The notes beneath the pieces are model-generated. The model was not told where the DNA came from, made no database searches, and saw only the letters and a list, made by a program, of their open reading frames with translations. A program made the position numbers and the translations under genes. Shown one piece after another: positions 30,909 through 41,012 of a stretch of DNA of 64,000 nt; position 1 is the stretch's first letter, and each line of letters opens with the position of its first letter. This DNA comes from Candidatus Saccharimonadota bacterium (GTDB lineage: Bacteria > Patescibacteriota > Saccharimonadia > Saccharimonadales > UBA10212), in NCBI GenBank assembly GCA_022841445.1, contig JALHRM010000003.1:343-64342 (forward strand), read 5' to 3'.

Positions 30909-32612
30909 ATGCGTGTTTCAAAACTTTTTGGTAAAACCAGTAAAACGGAAGGCGTCGACTATCAGATCGATTCGCATCGCTTGCTAACACAGGCTGGATA
31001 TATCCGCGAATCTGCCGCTGGTCGGTACTATTTGTTACCACTTGGTCTGCGAGTTCATGACAAAATTATTGCGATTATACGGACTCACATGGATAAAGCT
31101 GGTGCCCAGGAACTGCTCATGCCTACCTTGCACCCGCTTGAGCTATGGCAAGAAACAAACCGAACATCGACAACCGGATTTGAATTAATGAAAATTACTG
31201 ATCGTCGTGGTGGCGAGTTTGCGCTGGGCGGTACAGCCGAAGAAATGGCGGTTGACTTAGTCCGTAAGTTCAACATCAGTTACAAAGACTTGCCATTTAA
31301 CATCTACCAGTTTTCGATGAAATTCCGTGACGAGATGCGCGCCCGTGGGGGTTTGCTTCGCGTAAGAGAATTCATCATGAAGGACGGCTACAGCTTTGGC
31401 ACCGAAGAGCAGTTCAAGCAAATCTACCAGCAAATGTGGGATGCTTATCTTGCCATTTATAAAGATCTTGGGCTTGATGTTGATGTTGTGGCAGCTGACA
31501 ATGGCTATATAGGTGGAGAATATTGCCACGAGTTTGTGGCACCAAGTGACATTGGTGAAAGTCGTTATTTTGTTGATGCTAGGTCGGGTGAGGCTGCGCA
31601 CGAAGATGTTGCTAAAGTTATCGCCGATGATAAGAATTCTAGTGACAATATGCTTGAGCTTAAAGAAGTGCCAGCCGAGCGTGGCACAACCATGGAAGAC
31701 GGCGCAAAATTGCACGGTTTGCCAATGTGGCAACAAATTAAAGACGTTTTATATTTTGACGAAGCAAGTAAGCGTTATGTGCTGGCTGTCATCCGCGGCG
31801 ACTTTGATGTTAACGAAACAAAACTTACTCATGCCGCGGACGCCTGGGATCTGCGACCGGCAACCGAGCAGGAAATACGCGACGATTTAGGCAGCGAGCC
31901 TGGCTTTATCTCGCCAGTCGGTATTGCTAAAAAGGGTGCCAAAACTGGGTACCCACTCATCATAGTATCGGACGCGAGCCTTCGAACTATCAAGAATGCC
32001 TATGGCGGAGCAAATAAGAAATGCACTGATCTGCTCAATGTAAATATTGACCGTGACTACCAGCCGGACATCGAAGCTGACATTGCTATGGCAACCGGTA
32101 ATGATCAATTCGTCGAAAAGCGCGGCATCGAAGTTGGTAACATCTTCCAGCTTGGTTACCACTACAGTAACTTGATGCATGATGCCGAGTATACTGATCA
32201 AACCGGTAAACGTGAAAAGTACTACATGGGGTGTTACGGCATTGGCGTAGGCAGGACATTAGCAGCAATTATTGAAGCACATCATGATGACAAAGGAATC
32301 ATTTGGCCAAGCAATATTGCACCGTATCGCGTTTATCTGGCGCGTTTGTCATCGGATGAGGCGGTAGTCCAAAGGGCTGATGAGTTGTACGATAAGTTGA
32401 CGCAGGCCGGTATTGAAGTGTTGTATGATGACCGCGAAGGAGTACGGGCGGGCGAAATGTTTGCTGATGCAGACCTGATCGGTCTGCCGTGGCGGTTAAT
32501 TATTTCTCAGCGCACCATTGACGATAACAGGTACGAACTAAAAGCACGCACAGAAGCACAAGCTCAATCCCTAGATGAATCCGAACTTATGCAAACGCTA
32601 GCTGCGAAATAA
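30909..32612 (+). CDS. proS: Proline--tRNA ligase with editing insertion
   Basis: KFRDEMR.RGGLLRVREFIMKDGYSF, GIEVGNIFQLG and MGCYGIGVGR. Confidence 0.97.
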   Translation: MRVSKLFGKTSKTEGVDYQIDSHRLLTQAGYIRESAAGRYYLLPLGLRVHDKIIAIIRTHMDKAGAQELLMPTLHPLELWQETNRTSTTGFELMKITDRRGGEFALGGTAEEMAVDLVRKFNISYKDLPFNIYQFSMKFRDEMRARGGLLRVREFIMKDGYSFGTEEQFKQIYQQMWDAYLAIYKDLGLDVDVVAADNGYIGGEYCHEFVAPSDIGESRYFVDARSGEAAHEDVAKVIADDKNSSDNMLELKEVPAERGTTMEDGAKLHGLPMWQQIKDVLYFDEASKRYVLAVIRGDFDVNETKLTHAADAWDLRPATEQEIRDDLGSEPGFISPVGIAKKGAKTGYPLIIVSDASLRTIKNAYGGANKKCTDLLNVNIDRDYQPDIEADIAMATGNDQFVEKRGIEVGNIFQLGYHYSNLMHDAEYTDQTGKREKYYMGCYGIGVGRTLAAIIEAHHDDKGIIWPSNIAPYRVYLARLSSDEAVVQRADELYDKLTQAGIEVLYDDREGVRAGEMFADADLIGLPWRLIISQRTIDDNRYELKARTEAQAQSLDESELMQTLAAK

Positions 32613-32718
32613 ACTATTGGTGCAGCTGGCCTGATTTTGGTACAATCTTCTGGTAACAGCACCCAGTGCTCTATTTACCAGTAGTACGCGGTGGAGTTAA
32701 TAAAGAGAGGACCGACCA

Positions 32719-33183
32719 ATGAAAAAACTATTTCGACTGACGCAGGCCGGTATTGACGAATTAAAACAAGAATTAGAACTACTCGTGTCGCAGCGTGCAC
32801 CGCTCGCTGAAGCGATTAAATCTGCTCGTGAACTAGGTGATTTATCCGAGAACGCCGAATACCAGACGGCTCGTGACGAGCAGGGCCGCGCCGAAGCGCG
32901 TATCGGCGAGATTGAGCACATTTTGCAAAATGTTGATGTTATCAAAAAGCCCAAAGGTGATAGCAAAGTTCAGCTTGGCTCGGTAGTAAAATTGAAGAGC
33001 GAAGAGGGTGGCGAAACAAAGCAGTTTCAGGTAGTTGGCACAGTTGAGGCAAATCCGCTGGAAGGTAAGATCAGCGACGAATCTCCAATCGGAAAGGCGC
33101 TTATCGGCCAAAAAGAGGGTGATGTCGTTGAAATTCAAACACCAGCTAAAGTCGGCAAATATAAAATCGTCGATATTGGTTAG
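32719..33183 (+). CDS. greA: Transcription elongation factor GreA
   Basis: GDLSENAEY and ISDESPIGKAL. Confidence 0.97.
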   Translation: MKKLFRLTQAGIDELKQELELLVSQRAPLAEAIKSARELGDLSENAEYQTARDEQGRAEARIGEIEHILQNVDVIKKPKGDSKVQLGSVVKLKSEEGGETKQFQVVGTVEANPLEGKISDESPIGKALIGQKEGDVVEIQTPAKVGKYKIVDIG

Positions 33184-33232
33184 TCGTAACACTGGCAAAA
33201 CACCTTAAAATCAGCTAAGCTGGTCTGTAAGT

Positions 33233-34762
33233 ATGCAGTGGCTAAACAAAGTTATTGACCAGCTTGTTGCTCGTGGTATTGAACGGGAAATTATTATAGA
33301 ATCGGGAATTTCTCCGTCTGGTTCGTATCATATGGGTTACCTGCGCGAAATTCTGATATGTGACGCTATTTTACTTGCCTTGCGTGCTCGCGGTCATAAA
33401 GCCCGACATATTCATTTTGTAGATGACCAAGATGGATTCCGTAAAGTGCCCTCTAATTTACCTGCTGAATATGAAAAATACCTTGGTATGCCGCTTTGTG
33501 ATATGCCTGCACCCGATGGGTCTGATCAGAGTTATGCCGATTACGCACTGATTGACTTTTTAAGCAGTGTAAAAAAATTAGGTGTAGATTTTGAGCCGAT
33601 CCGCAGCCATGAACAGTACAGAGCCGGATTTTTTGTGCCGGCAATCGAACAAGTTCTCGAAAATATCGATGCCGTAAAGAAAGTCTTAGAAGATATCGCC
33701 GGCCGGAAGCTTAAAGACGACTGGTCGCCGATTCAAGTCAATGAAGACGGCTATTTGAAAAAACGGCCGTTTGTCGGCATTAATCTTGACACAAAAACAG
33801 TACAATATCGGGACAAAGACGGCGCTGAACAGACGATTAGTTACAGCAGCGGCGACGTAAAACTGGATTGGCGACTGGACTGGCCGGCCCGCTGGTGGCT
33901 TATGAAGGTTGACGTTGAACCATTTGGCCGTGACCATGGCACCAAGGGCGGATCATATGACACAGGGCGCGGACTTTTAAAATCGGTGTTTCATTCAGAC
34001 GCTCCTACACCAGTGCCTTATGACTTTATTAATAGGGCTGGCGATACTAAAAAAATGAGTGCCAGCAAGGGGAACGGGATTTTAATGTCCGAAGTCGTTT
34101 CGGTGTTGCCTGTCGAGGTGGTGCGGTATTTCGTATTACGGTCTGAGCCTGGCAAAGCGCTCTTTTTCGATCCGATTGACGGGGTGATACGACTTGTTGA
34201 CGAATATGCGGAGCTACTTGCTAAACCTGATAAGTCAGCAGGCGAAGAATTATTGATACAGCTCAGTACTAACGGACTGGAGTCGATTGTTAGCAGTGTG
34301 CCGTTTTCGCACTTGGTCACAAGTTATCAGGCTTCCTTAAAAGACCCAGCGGCAACGCTTGATGTCATCAAACGTAGTGAATACGGGGGCATCGTTGACG
34401 ACCAGTCCGATATTATCAAGAAAGAGCTAGCCTACATTGATCAGTGGTTAGAGAAGTGGGCGCCAGAGGACGTAAAATTTAGTCTTCAAGAAACTGTTGA
34501 TTCATCAAAATTTAACGACACCCAGAAAAATTTTATGTTGATGTTAGCAGAAAAAATATCTCAAGCCCCAGAAAACGCCGACGGTACTTGGTTCCATCAA
34601 GCAATATATGAGCTAAAAGATGAAACTGATCTTGCTCCAAAAGAGCTATTTACTACACTCTATCAAGCCATTATTGGCAAAGACTCTGGGCCGAGAGCCG
34701 GTTGGTTCCTTAGCCTGCTGCCACGGGACTGGCTAGTTAGTAGGCTGCGCTTAGAGTCGTGA
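33233..34762 (+). CDS. lysS: Lysine--tRNA ligase, class I (LysRS1)
   Basis: SGISPSGSYHMG (HIGH-like), D.FRKVP, KLDWRLDWP.RW, EPFGRDH, KMSASKGN and GPRAG. Confidence 0.93.
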   Translation: MQWLNKVIDQLVARGIEREIIIESGISPSGSYHMGYLREILICDAILLALRARGHKARHIHFVDDQDGFRKVPSNLPAEYEKYLGMPLCDMPAPDGSDQSYADYALIDFLSSVKKLGVDFEPIRSHEQYRAGFFVPAIEQVLENIDAVKKVLEDIAGRKLKDDWSPIQVNEDGYLKKRPFVGINLDTKTVQYRDKDGAEQTISYSSGDVKLDWRLDWPARWWLMKVDVEPFGRDHGTKGGSYDTGRGLLKSVFHSDAPTPVPYDFINRAGDTKKMSASKGNGILMSEVVSVLPVEVVRYFVLRSEPGKALFFDPIDGVIRLVDEYAELLAKPDKSAGEELLIQLSTNGLESIVSSVPFSHLVTSYQASLKDPAATLDVIKRSEYGGIVDDQSDIIKKELAYIDQWLEKWAPEDVKFSLQETVDSSKFNDTQKNFMLMLAEKISQAPENADGTWFHQAIYELKDETDLAPKELFTTLYQAIIGKDSGPRAGWFLSLLPRDWLVSRLRLES

Positions 34763-35784
34763 GTAGCGCCCCGAATCTCCCAACGGGGGCGGGCATGAAT
34801 TTTTATCCATTTGCTTTGGAAAGAAACCCTGGAGCTGTACGTCAAATGGCGCGGCGAGCTACTATCTGCGGGGCAATTGCTCTATACGGAATTCTGAATT
34901 TAGGAATTGATCTGAATAAGGGTGAATTATCAAGATTCAGTTCTGGTGGTACGACATCCTTGGTTGAAGACAATGAACTGGTGTTGGTAAACGAAAATAC
35001 CGCACGACGACTTACATTTGCCGACAATGTAGGATTGATGCTTCGACACAACGCCGATATTGGTACGCTTCAGGAAGTGAGCCGGGATCATGCGCCTTTG
35101 TTTGTACAGCAGGTACCGGCTGCGACGGCAACATTTGCGAGAGCGGATATTTTCACGAGTCCGACAGATGGCGGACTCGGAGTAATGGCTATCGCTCGCG
35201 TACCGGAGGTACGAAGCTATATGCATCAGCTCGAAGGAGACATACGCGTGGAAGATGTATGGAAAGCCCTCAAATCTTTTAGTATAGAAGAATTTAAGGC
35301 AATTTATCAGGAGCGCCGGGCGGTGTTGGTTGGACTATACGAAGTAAATATCAGCGGCAAAAAGGTTCCGACACGCGTCATGGTTGTTCATAACGCTGGC
35401 TATGGCCGGGCTGCGCGAGCGCAAAGGGGTGCAATTACAAAAATTGTTGATGAAGAATTTGGCAAACGCGACGAACTGCGTATCATCGCAGGTGACTTTA
35501 ATGAACTACCTGACGAAGTACGGCAAATAATAGGAAGTGATTTTGTGGTAGCCGATATTGGCAGTACGTCGGTGGGGCGCAACCAGCAAATCGATCATTT
35601 TGCGTATAGTCCATATGTAGTGATTGACGGCATCAAATACCGAGTTATTGTATCAACCAAAGTTATAACAGACGTTCATAGCGACCATTACCCTTACGTT
35701 GCACGAGTAAGACTTAAGCCTGCGTTGCCATTTGAGCAAGAAGTCGGGGTGATAGTTGCTGCTGCTCAAAAATTCGGCAAATAA
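34759..35784 (+). CDS. Endonuclease/exonuclease/phosphatase (EEP) family protein, divergent, with N-terminal hydrophobic segment
   Basis: LQEV, H, AGDFNE, IDH and SDHYP motifs; start may be ATG 34795. Confidence 0.8.
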   Translation: MSSAPNLPTGAGMNFYPFALERNPGAVRQMARRATICGAIALYGILNLGIDLNKGELSRFSSGGTTSLVEDNELVLVNENTARRLTFADNVGLMLRHNADIGTLQEVSRDHAPLFVQQVPAATATFARADIFTSPTDGGLGVMAIARVPEVRSYMHQLEGDIRVEDVWKALKSFSIEEFKAIYQERRAVLVGLYEVNISGKKVPTRVMVVHNAGYGRAARAQRGAITKIVDEEFGKRDELRIIAGDFNELPDEVRQIIGSDFVVADIGSTSVGRNQQIDHFAYSPYVVIDGIKYRVIVSTKVITDVHSDHYPYVARVRLKPALPFEQEVGVIVAAAQKFGK

Positions 35785-35787
35785 ACA

Positions 35788-35807
35788 ACCACGGGTAAAC
35801 CCGTGGT
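35788..35807. repeat. Perfect GC-rich intergenic palindrome
   Basis: ACCACGGG-TAAA-CCCGTGGT with no U-tract. Confidence 0.6.
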
Positions 35808-35889
35808 ACTCTGGCCTTCGGCAAATTATAGAAACAGCAATAGGCACACATAAATAAGCTATACTACAATTACTAGGGAGTAACCGTTT

Positions 35890-36600
35890 ATGATCGAGGT
35901 AAAAAACATCACTAAGACTTACGGCAAAAAGGACAATGTCTTTACAGCTCTTTCGGAGGTCAGCTTTTCGGCGCCGGAAGGCAGTAGTGTTGCTATTATT
36001 GGTAAGTCAGGGAGTGGCAAGAGTACGCTTATGCACATTATGAGTGGACTTGATAAGGCGGATAGCGGAGAAGTATTAATGGGTGGTCATGACATCCAAA
36101 AACTAAAGCGAAAACAAGCTGACAATTTTCGGGCAAACGAAATGAGTTTTATCTTTCAGTCGTTCTTTGTGGAAGGTAATCAAACGGTGTATCAGAATGT
36201 TGCCTTGCCGCTCGAAATTGCTGGCGTAGCGCCCAGGCGTCGGAAGCAACTTATTGAGACTGCCCTAAAAAACGTTGAACTCATTGATAAGATAAACAGC
36301 AAAGCCAAAAACCTTTCCGGCGGTCAGAAACAGCGTCTGGCGATAGCCCGGGCTATTGTCAATAATCCAAAGTATATTTTCGCCGACGAGCCGACAGGTA
36401 ATCTGGACAGTGTCACTGGAGCGCGTATCGTGGAACTACTGTTTAGTATAAAGGACAGTATTGGGAGCACCTTGTTTATTGTTACGCATGATCACGAATT
36501 GGCCGAAAAATGTGACCAGCAGGTTCGAATGAGTGATGGCCGCGCGATTGATATTCATCAGAAGCCAGCTCAGCGACCTGTACGAAAGGTGATGCTTTAA
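35890..36600 (+). CDS. ABC transporter ATP-binding protein (LolD/MacB-like)
   Basis: GKSGSGKS, LSGGQKQR, ADEPTGNLD and VTHD. Confidence 0.95.
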   Translation: MIEVKNITKTYGKKDNVFTALSEVSFSAPEGSSVAIIGKSGSGKSTLMHIMSGLDKADSGEVLMGGHDIQKLKRKQADNFRANEMSFIFQSFFVEGNQTVYQNVALPLEIAGVAPRRRKQLIETALKNVELIDKINSKAKNLSGGQKQRLAIARAIVNNPKYIFADEPTGNLDSVTGARIVELLFSIKDSIGSTLFIVTHDHELAEKCDQQVRMSDGRAIDIHQKPAQRPVRKVML

Positions 36601-37977
36601 ATGCGTATTATAGATATTATCAGGCGTAGCGGGCGGAATTTAAAATCTTCCAAAACTCGAACTATCTTGACTGCGTTGGCAATTGCCGTAGGAGCATTTA
36701 CGCTGGCACTAACGCTTGCGGCTAGTAACGGGATTCGTAGCTACACCGATGAGCTGATTTCGAGCAGCTTTGATCCGGCCGAACTAATTGTCGGTCGCGA
36801 TAAGGAAATATCGAATACTGGTGCCCCATCTGATAAGCCTCAAGAATATGATGAATCGGTCGCTTCTATATCATTTGGTGGTCCGGGTACGAGCTTGCAG
36901 GTAAAGCGGGTGAGTCTGGCTGACATCGAAGCCATGAGAAAGCTCCCCTATGTCGAACAAGTTCGAGAAAATTTTCAAATCAATATTCGCTACATTACTT
37001 CATCAGCAAATGATAAGAAATACACTGGCAGCGCTGATGTTTATAATTCTGCCCAAAAGCCAGAAATTTCTGCCGGAATGCTACCGAGTAGTGGTGATAT
37101 TAAAAAAGGTACGCTACTACTGCCGGAAACATACTTGTCTGCTCTGGGGTTTGGTTCGGCCCAGGATGCGATTGGTAAGCAAGTTCGCTTGAGCGTGCAA
37201 AAGCCATTTTCGGCCGAAAGTATCCAGCAGCTGTTAGTAAGCGCTGCGACAGGAAGCGCACCGCAAGACCAAGCGCAGGAACTGCAAAAAGTCTTTAGCT
37301 ACACAATTGGTGGTGTTACTAAAAAAGCCGCAACCGATTTTGGAACAGGCATTATGCCGCTCAGCCTTAGCCTAGGCGATGCCAGGGAACTTTATGACTA
37401 CACTGTTCAGGGAACGGCTGATTACGAAAAATTTTTGTATGTTTTTGCGCGCATAAAAAACGGTGATAATAAGCAAAATATCGCCGACGCTAAAGCCGAT
37501 TTAGTACAAAAGGGCTACTTTGTACAAAGCACTGAAGACTTGCAAAAAGCTGTCGGACAATTCGTCGACATCCTAACAATTATGATTGGTGTTTTTGGCC
37601 TGATCACGGTTATCGCTTCGGTGTTTGGAATCGTTAATACTCAGTACATTAGTGTTCTAGAACGGACTCGCGAAATTGGACTTATGAAAGCTCTTGGCAT
37701 GTCGCGCTCCGGTGTGAGCCGGTTATTTATGTTAGAAGCAACCTGGATCGGATTTATGGGGGCGGTGCTGGGGGTTTTGGGAGCGTACGGGCTCAGCGTG
37801 CTGCTCAATCCAGTGATTACGAAGCAGATAAATCTTGACGATAACTTGTTAGTGTTCCAGCCTGTGCAAATTGCCATACTTATATTGGCGTTGATGTTGG
37901 TCGCGACTGTGGCTGGATTATTACCGGCCAGAAAAGCTGCCAAGCTTGACCCTATCGAAGCGCTACGGAGTGAGTAA
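36601..37977 (+). CDS. ABC transporter permease (MacB/FtsX-like)
   Basis: RTILTALAIAVG, SVLERTREIGLMKALG and PARKAAKLDPIEALR. Confidence 0.95.
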   Translation: MRIIDIIRRSGRNLKSSKTRTILTALAIAVGAFTLALTLAASNGIRSYTDELISSSFDPAELIVGRDKEISNTGAPSDKPQEYDESVASISFGGPGTSLQVKRVSLADIEAMRKLPYVEQVRENFQINIRYITSSANDKKYTGSADVYNSAQKPEISAGMLPSSGDIKKGTLLLPETYLSALGFGSAQDAIGKQVRLSVQKPFSAESIQQLLVSAATGSAPQDQAQELQKVFSYTIGGVTKKAATDFGTGIMPLSLSLGDARELYDYTVQGTADYEKFLYVFARIKNGDNKQNIADAKADLVQKGYFVQSTEDLQKAVGQFVDILTIMIGVFGLITVIASVFGIVNTQYISVLERTREIGLMKALGMSRSGVSRLFMLEATWIGFMGAVLGVLGAYGLSVLLNPVITKQINLDDNLLVFQPVQIAILILALMLVATVAGLLPARKAAKLDPIEALRSE

Positions 37978-37978
37978 A

Positions 37979-39823
37979 ATGCTGAGGAACTTGTCGCTGT
38001 TGCGACAAACACACCTATCTCAACTAGAGACCTCGCCCCTTATTGCTTGGCTCCGGATAGTCTTGCTGGGTGTGTTTGTTACCTCTACGCTACTTATTAT
38101 TTTGACGGTGATTCCAGTCAGGTCAGTACATGCTGACGTGAACGATTTTGATGTAACAAGCTTTAAGGCTGACTACTACCTTGGTAAGCAATCACCCCAT
38201 GGCAGCATGCGAATCACGGAACGGATTTCAGTCGATTTTAGAGGTCAGAATCACGGTATATTGCGAGCGATTCCAAAATCATATAACGACCATCCGCTTA
38301 ATATTAAAATTGCATCGGTAAAAAAAGCTGATGGTTCGGTGTGGCCATATACGACGTACGACCAGGCTGGCAACTTGGTGCTAAAGATTGGCGACCCTGA
38401 CAGTACCGTTACGGGTCAGCAGCAGTTTAACATTGATTATTCGGTTGAAAACGTAGCAACATTTTACGATACTCATGATGAATTGTTCTGGGATATTAAT
38501 GGCGATCAGTGGTCGCAAAAATTCTTGAATGTTGAAGCAAATTTTCATCTTGGTGAAGGAGTGCTACTCAAGCCTTCGGCGGGCGGAATATCATCGATGT
38601 GTTTGACGGGTAAGTTCGGTTCAAACGAAAGCGCCTGCATAATAGACATCAATGAGAGGCGTGATCTCATTTCGGTGGCATCGACGCGGTCGCTTTACCC
38701 GTTCGAAACGATGAGCGTGGTGTTGGCATTTGATAAGGGGACGTTCGCACCGTATACTTGGCGCGACACTATCCGAGAGCATCTGGCGGATATCATCATC
38801 GGCGCGGCCGCCTTGGTTCTTCTAGTTGCCATAGTCACCTATTTTTGGCGAGTGGGGAAAGACTACGATTTAAAAGCCGGTGTCGTCGCAGAATACGGTC
38901 CGCCTAAAGGTGTTGACGTATTGCAGGCCGGTATATTGGATGATTATAAAATAGATGGTCGTGATATAACGGCCGGAGTTATCGATTTGGCGGTTCATGG
39001 CTATGTGCGAATCAAAGAGGTCGACCATCGAATTCTGAAGATATTCAAACGTACCAAAGTTGATCTGGTACTTATTAACGCTGACACTTCCAAACTCAGT
39101 GAATCACGAGTAGATATATTGAAAGCTTTTTTTCCGGGTATGACCAAAGATGAAGTCACGCCACTTGGTACCTATCAGCCTGCACTTGCCAAAGCGATAC
39201 AGAAGATCGAAGAACAACTAGCTAAGGATTTAACTGACGCAGGAATGTTTGATAAGAACCCCAAAAAGACAAGTGGCAAAATGATTATTTTGATGATTAT
39301 TGCGATTGCGCTTTGTGTACTGTGCATTTTCTTTACGGCTTTCATTGCTTTGATTGTTTCTATTATCGCGGTGATAACGTCGATTGTGTTAATGGCCAAG
39401 ATTCCACGCCGTAGCCGAGCAGGTCAGCGGACGCATCAGGATTTGCAAGGTCTGAAACTATATATCAAGACTGCCGAAAAAGACCGTCTGGCTGCGTTAC
39501 AAAGCAGTAGCGCGCCCTTGGCGGTCAACGCCCATGAACCGGTGCGCAGCGTTGAATTATTCGAAAAACTACTGCCATACGCTATCATTTTTGGGCTCGA
39601 AAAAACTTGGGCTAAGCAGTTCGAATCCATCTACAATACACCACCTGACTGGTACGTCGGTAACTGGGCTACCTTCAGTGCGCTCAGTCTGACCAATAGT
39701 ATTAATACGGCATCAACGGCCATGAGCAGCAGCTTCACGGCTCCGAGTAGCAGTGGCGGATCAGGCTTTAGCGGCGGTAGCGCAGGCGGCGGTGGCGGAG
39801 GGGGCGGCGGCGGTGGCTGGTAA
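37979..39823 (+). CDS. DUF2207-type membrane protein
   Basis: HGILRAIP, DELFWDING, LPYAIIFG...W and a C-terminal SGGSGFSGG...GGGGGGW tail. Confidence 0.88.
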   Translation: MLRNLSLLRQTHLSQLETSPLIAWLRIVLLGVFVTSTLLIILTVIPVRSVHADVNDFDVTSFKADYYLGKQSPHGSMRITERISVDFRGQNHGILRAIPKSYNDHPLNIKIASVKKADGSVWPYTTYDQAGNLVLKIGDPDSTVTGQQQFNIDYSVENVATFYDTHDELFWDINGDQWSQKFLNVEANFHLGEGVLLKPSAGGISSMCLTGKFGSNESACIIDINERRDLISVASTRSLYPFETMSVVLAFDKGTFAPYTWRDTIREHLADIIIGAAALVLLVAIVTYFWRVGKDYDLKAGVVAEYGPPKGVDVLQAGILDDYKIDGRDITAGVIDLAVHGYVRIKEVDHRILKIFKRTKVDLVLINADTSKLSESRVDILKAFFPGMTKDEVTPLGTYQPALAKAIQKIEEQLAKDLTDAGMFDKNPKKTSGKMIILMIIAIALCVLCIFFTAFIALIVSIIAVITSIVLMAKIPRRSRAGQRTHQDLQGLKLYIKTAEKDRLAALQSSSAPLAVNAHEPVRSVELFEKLLPYAIIFGLEKTWAKQFESIYNTPPDWYVGNWATFSALSLTNSINTASTAMSSSFTAPSSSGGSGFSGGSAGGGGGGGGGGGW

Positions 39824-39832
39824 GGCCGACGT

Positions 39833-40366
39833 TTAAGCCTGTCTCAACTTCGCTTTGAATTTCTCGCGGAATTTCTGTAACTTCGGATTGATGATTATCT
39901 GGCAGTAGCCAACTTGCTGGTTATCCCGATAGAAATTCTGATGATGATCCGGCGCTGGCCAGAATTTCTCCAAAGCTTCTATTTGGGTAACAACTGGATC
40001 ATCCCAAAGCTGTGTTGCGAATATACGCGTCATTTCTTCGGCGATTCGCTTCTGAGTTTCATCATGATAAAAAATTACTGACCGGTATTCGTCTCCAACG
40101 TCGTTACCTTGACGATTAAGCGTTGTCGGATCATGCAAGGTAAAAAATATTTCCAAAATTTCTTTGTAAGTAATAACGTCCTTATCAAAAGTGATCTGTA
40201 CTACTTCTGCATGTCCAGTATCACCTTCATATACCCGCTTGTCTGTCGGACTTTCGACGGTACCGCCGGAGTATCCAGACACAACGGAGCTGACGCCGAT
40301 AACTTCTTGGTATATTGCTTCCAAGCACCAAAAACATCCGCCACCAATTGTTGCAATCTGTTGCAT
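39833..40366 (-). CDS. msrA: Peptide-methionine (S)-S-oxide reductase
   Basis: GGGCFWC, GYSGG, TGHAEVVQ and HDPTTLNRQGND. Confidence 0.96.
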   Translation of the reverse strand: MQQIATIGGGCFWCLEAIYQEVIGVSSVVSGYSGGTVESPTDKRVYEGDTGHAEVVQITFDKDVITYKEILEIFFTLHDPTTLNRQGNDVGDEYRSVIFYHDETQKRIAEEMTRIFATQLWDDPVVTQIEALEKFWPAPDHHQNFYRDNQQVGYCQIIINPKLQKFREKFKAKLRQA

Positions 40367-40386
40367 ATTATAAGTATAACTTAGAT

Positions 40387-40424
40387 AAAAAACCACCGTG
40401 CTGGCGGGGATGTCAGCACGGTGG
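40387..40424 (-). terminator. Intrinsic terminator
   Basis: Minus strand CCACCGTGCTG-loop-CAGCACGGTGG followed by T6, downstream of the 40954-40460 gene. Confidence 0.8.
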
Positions 40425-40459
40425 ATCTCTCCGACCAGGCATATTTTGTTTAAATAAAG

Positions 40460-40954
40460 CTACATGGGTGCGTGACCATGGCTGCCGCGACTACCAAAGC
40501 CGCCTTCGCCACGGGCTGGCATGATAACGCTCAGGTCTATGCCGTTTTCAGCAGCCCACTTGTCCAACTCAGCTTTTTTAGCTTCCATCTCAGCCCGTGT
40601 GGGTCGGGTGCCACTATCACGGTTAGCTTCGCGCTCGGCCTTCATCGTAGAAAATTTTTCGATAATCAAAGTCTTTTGCTCAGCGGTGATTTTGCCTTGG
40701 CTTACCAAAGCATCCAGCCGTTCGTTAAATCTTTGTTCGTGTTCAACCCGATGTTCAGCGCGAGCTTCGTCGAAGACTTTCTGAACCTCGGCTTTGTCGA
40801 CGTTAAACTTATCGGCAATTTTCTGTACCAGCGACGACATTGGACTGCTATTGGCATTAGTATTGTCAGCAGCCAGCGCCGTGCCAGCAACGCCGGTTAG
40901 ACCAATAACTCCAGCGGTCATTGCTCCGGCTACTAATTTTTTGTTAACTCGCAT
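40460..40954 (-). CDS. Exported helical protein (YckD/Spy-like accessory of the two-component system)
   Basis: Signal peptide ending ALA; 'LDALVSQGKITAEQK' motif; G/H-rich tail; divergent from the response regulator. Confidence 0.7.
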   Translation of the reverse strand: MRVNKKLVAGAMTAGVIGLTGVAGTALAADNTNANSSPMSSLVQKIADKFNVDKAEVQKVFDEARAEHRVEHEQRFNERLDALVSQGKITAEQKTLIIEKFSTMKAEREANRDSGTRPTRAEMEAKKAELDKWAAENGIDLSVIMPARGEGGFGSRGSHGHAPM

Positions 40955-41012
40955 TGGCTTTTCCTCTCTATTATTTAGTGATACACACATCTATGCAATG
41001 TGTGTGGTTGGT

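Noticed and set aside
39740-39823. GGC-rich simple repeat as a contingency locus
   Set aside because: It encodes the normal poly-Gly-Trp tail of DUF2207-type proteins.
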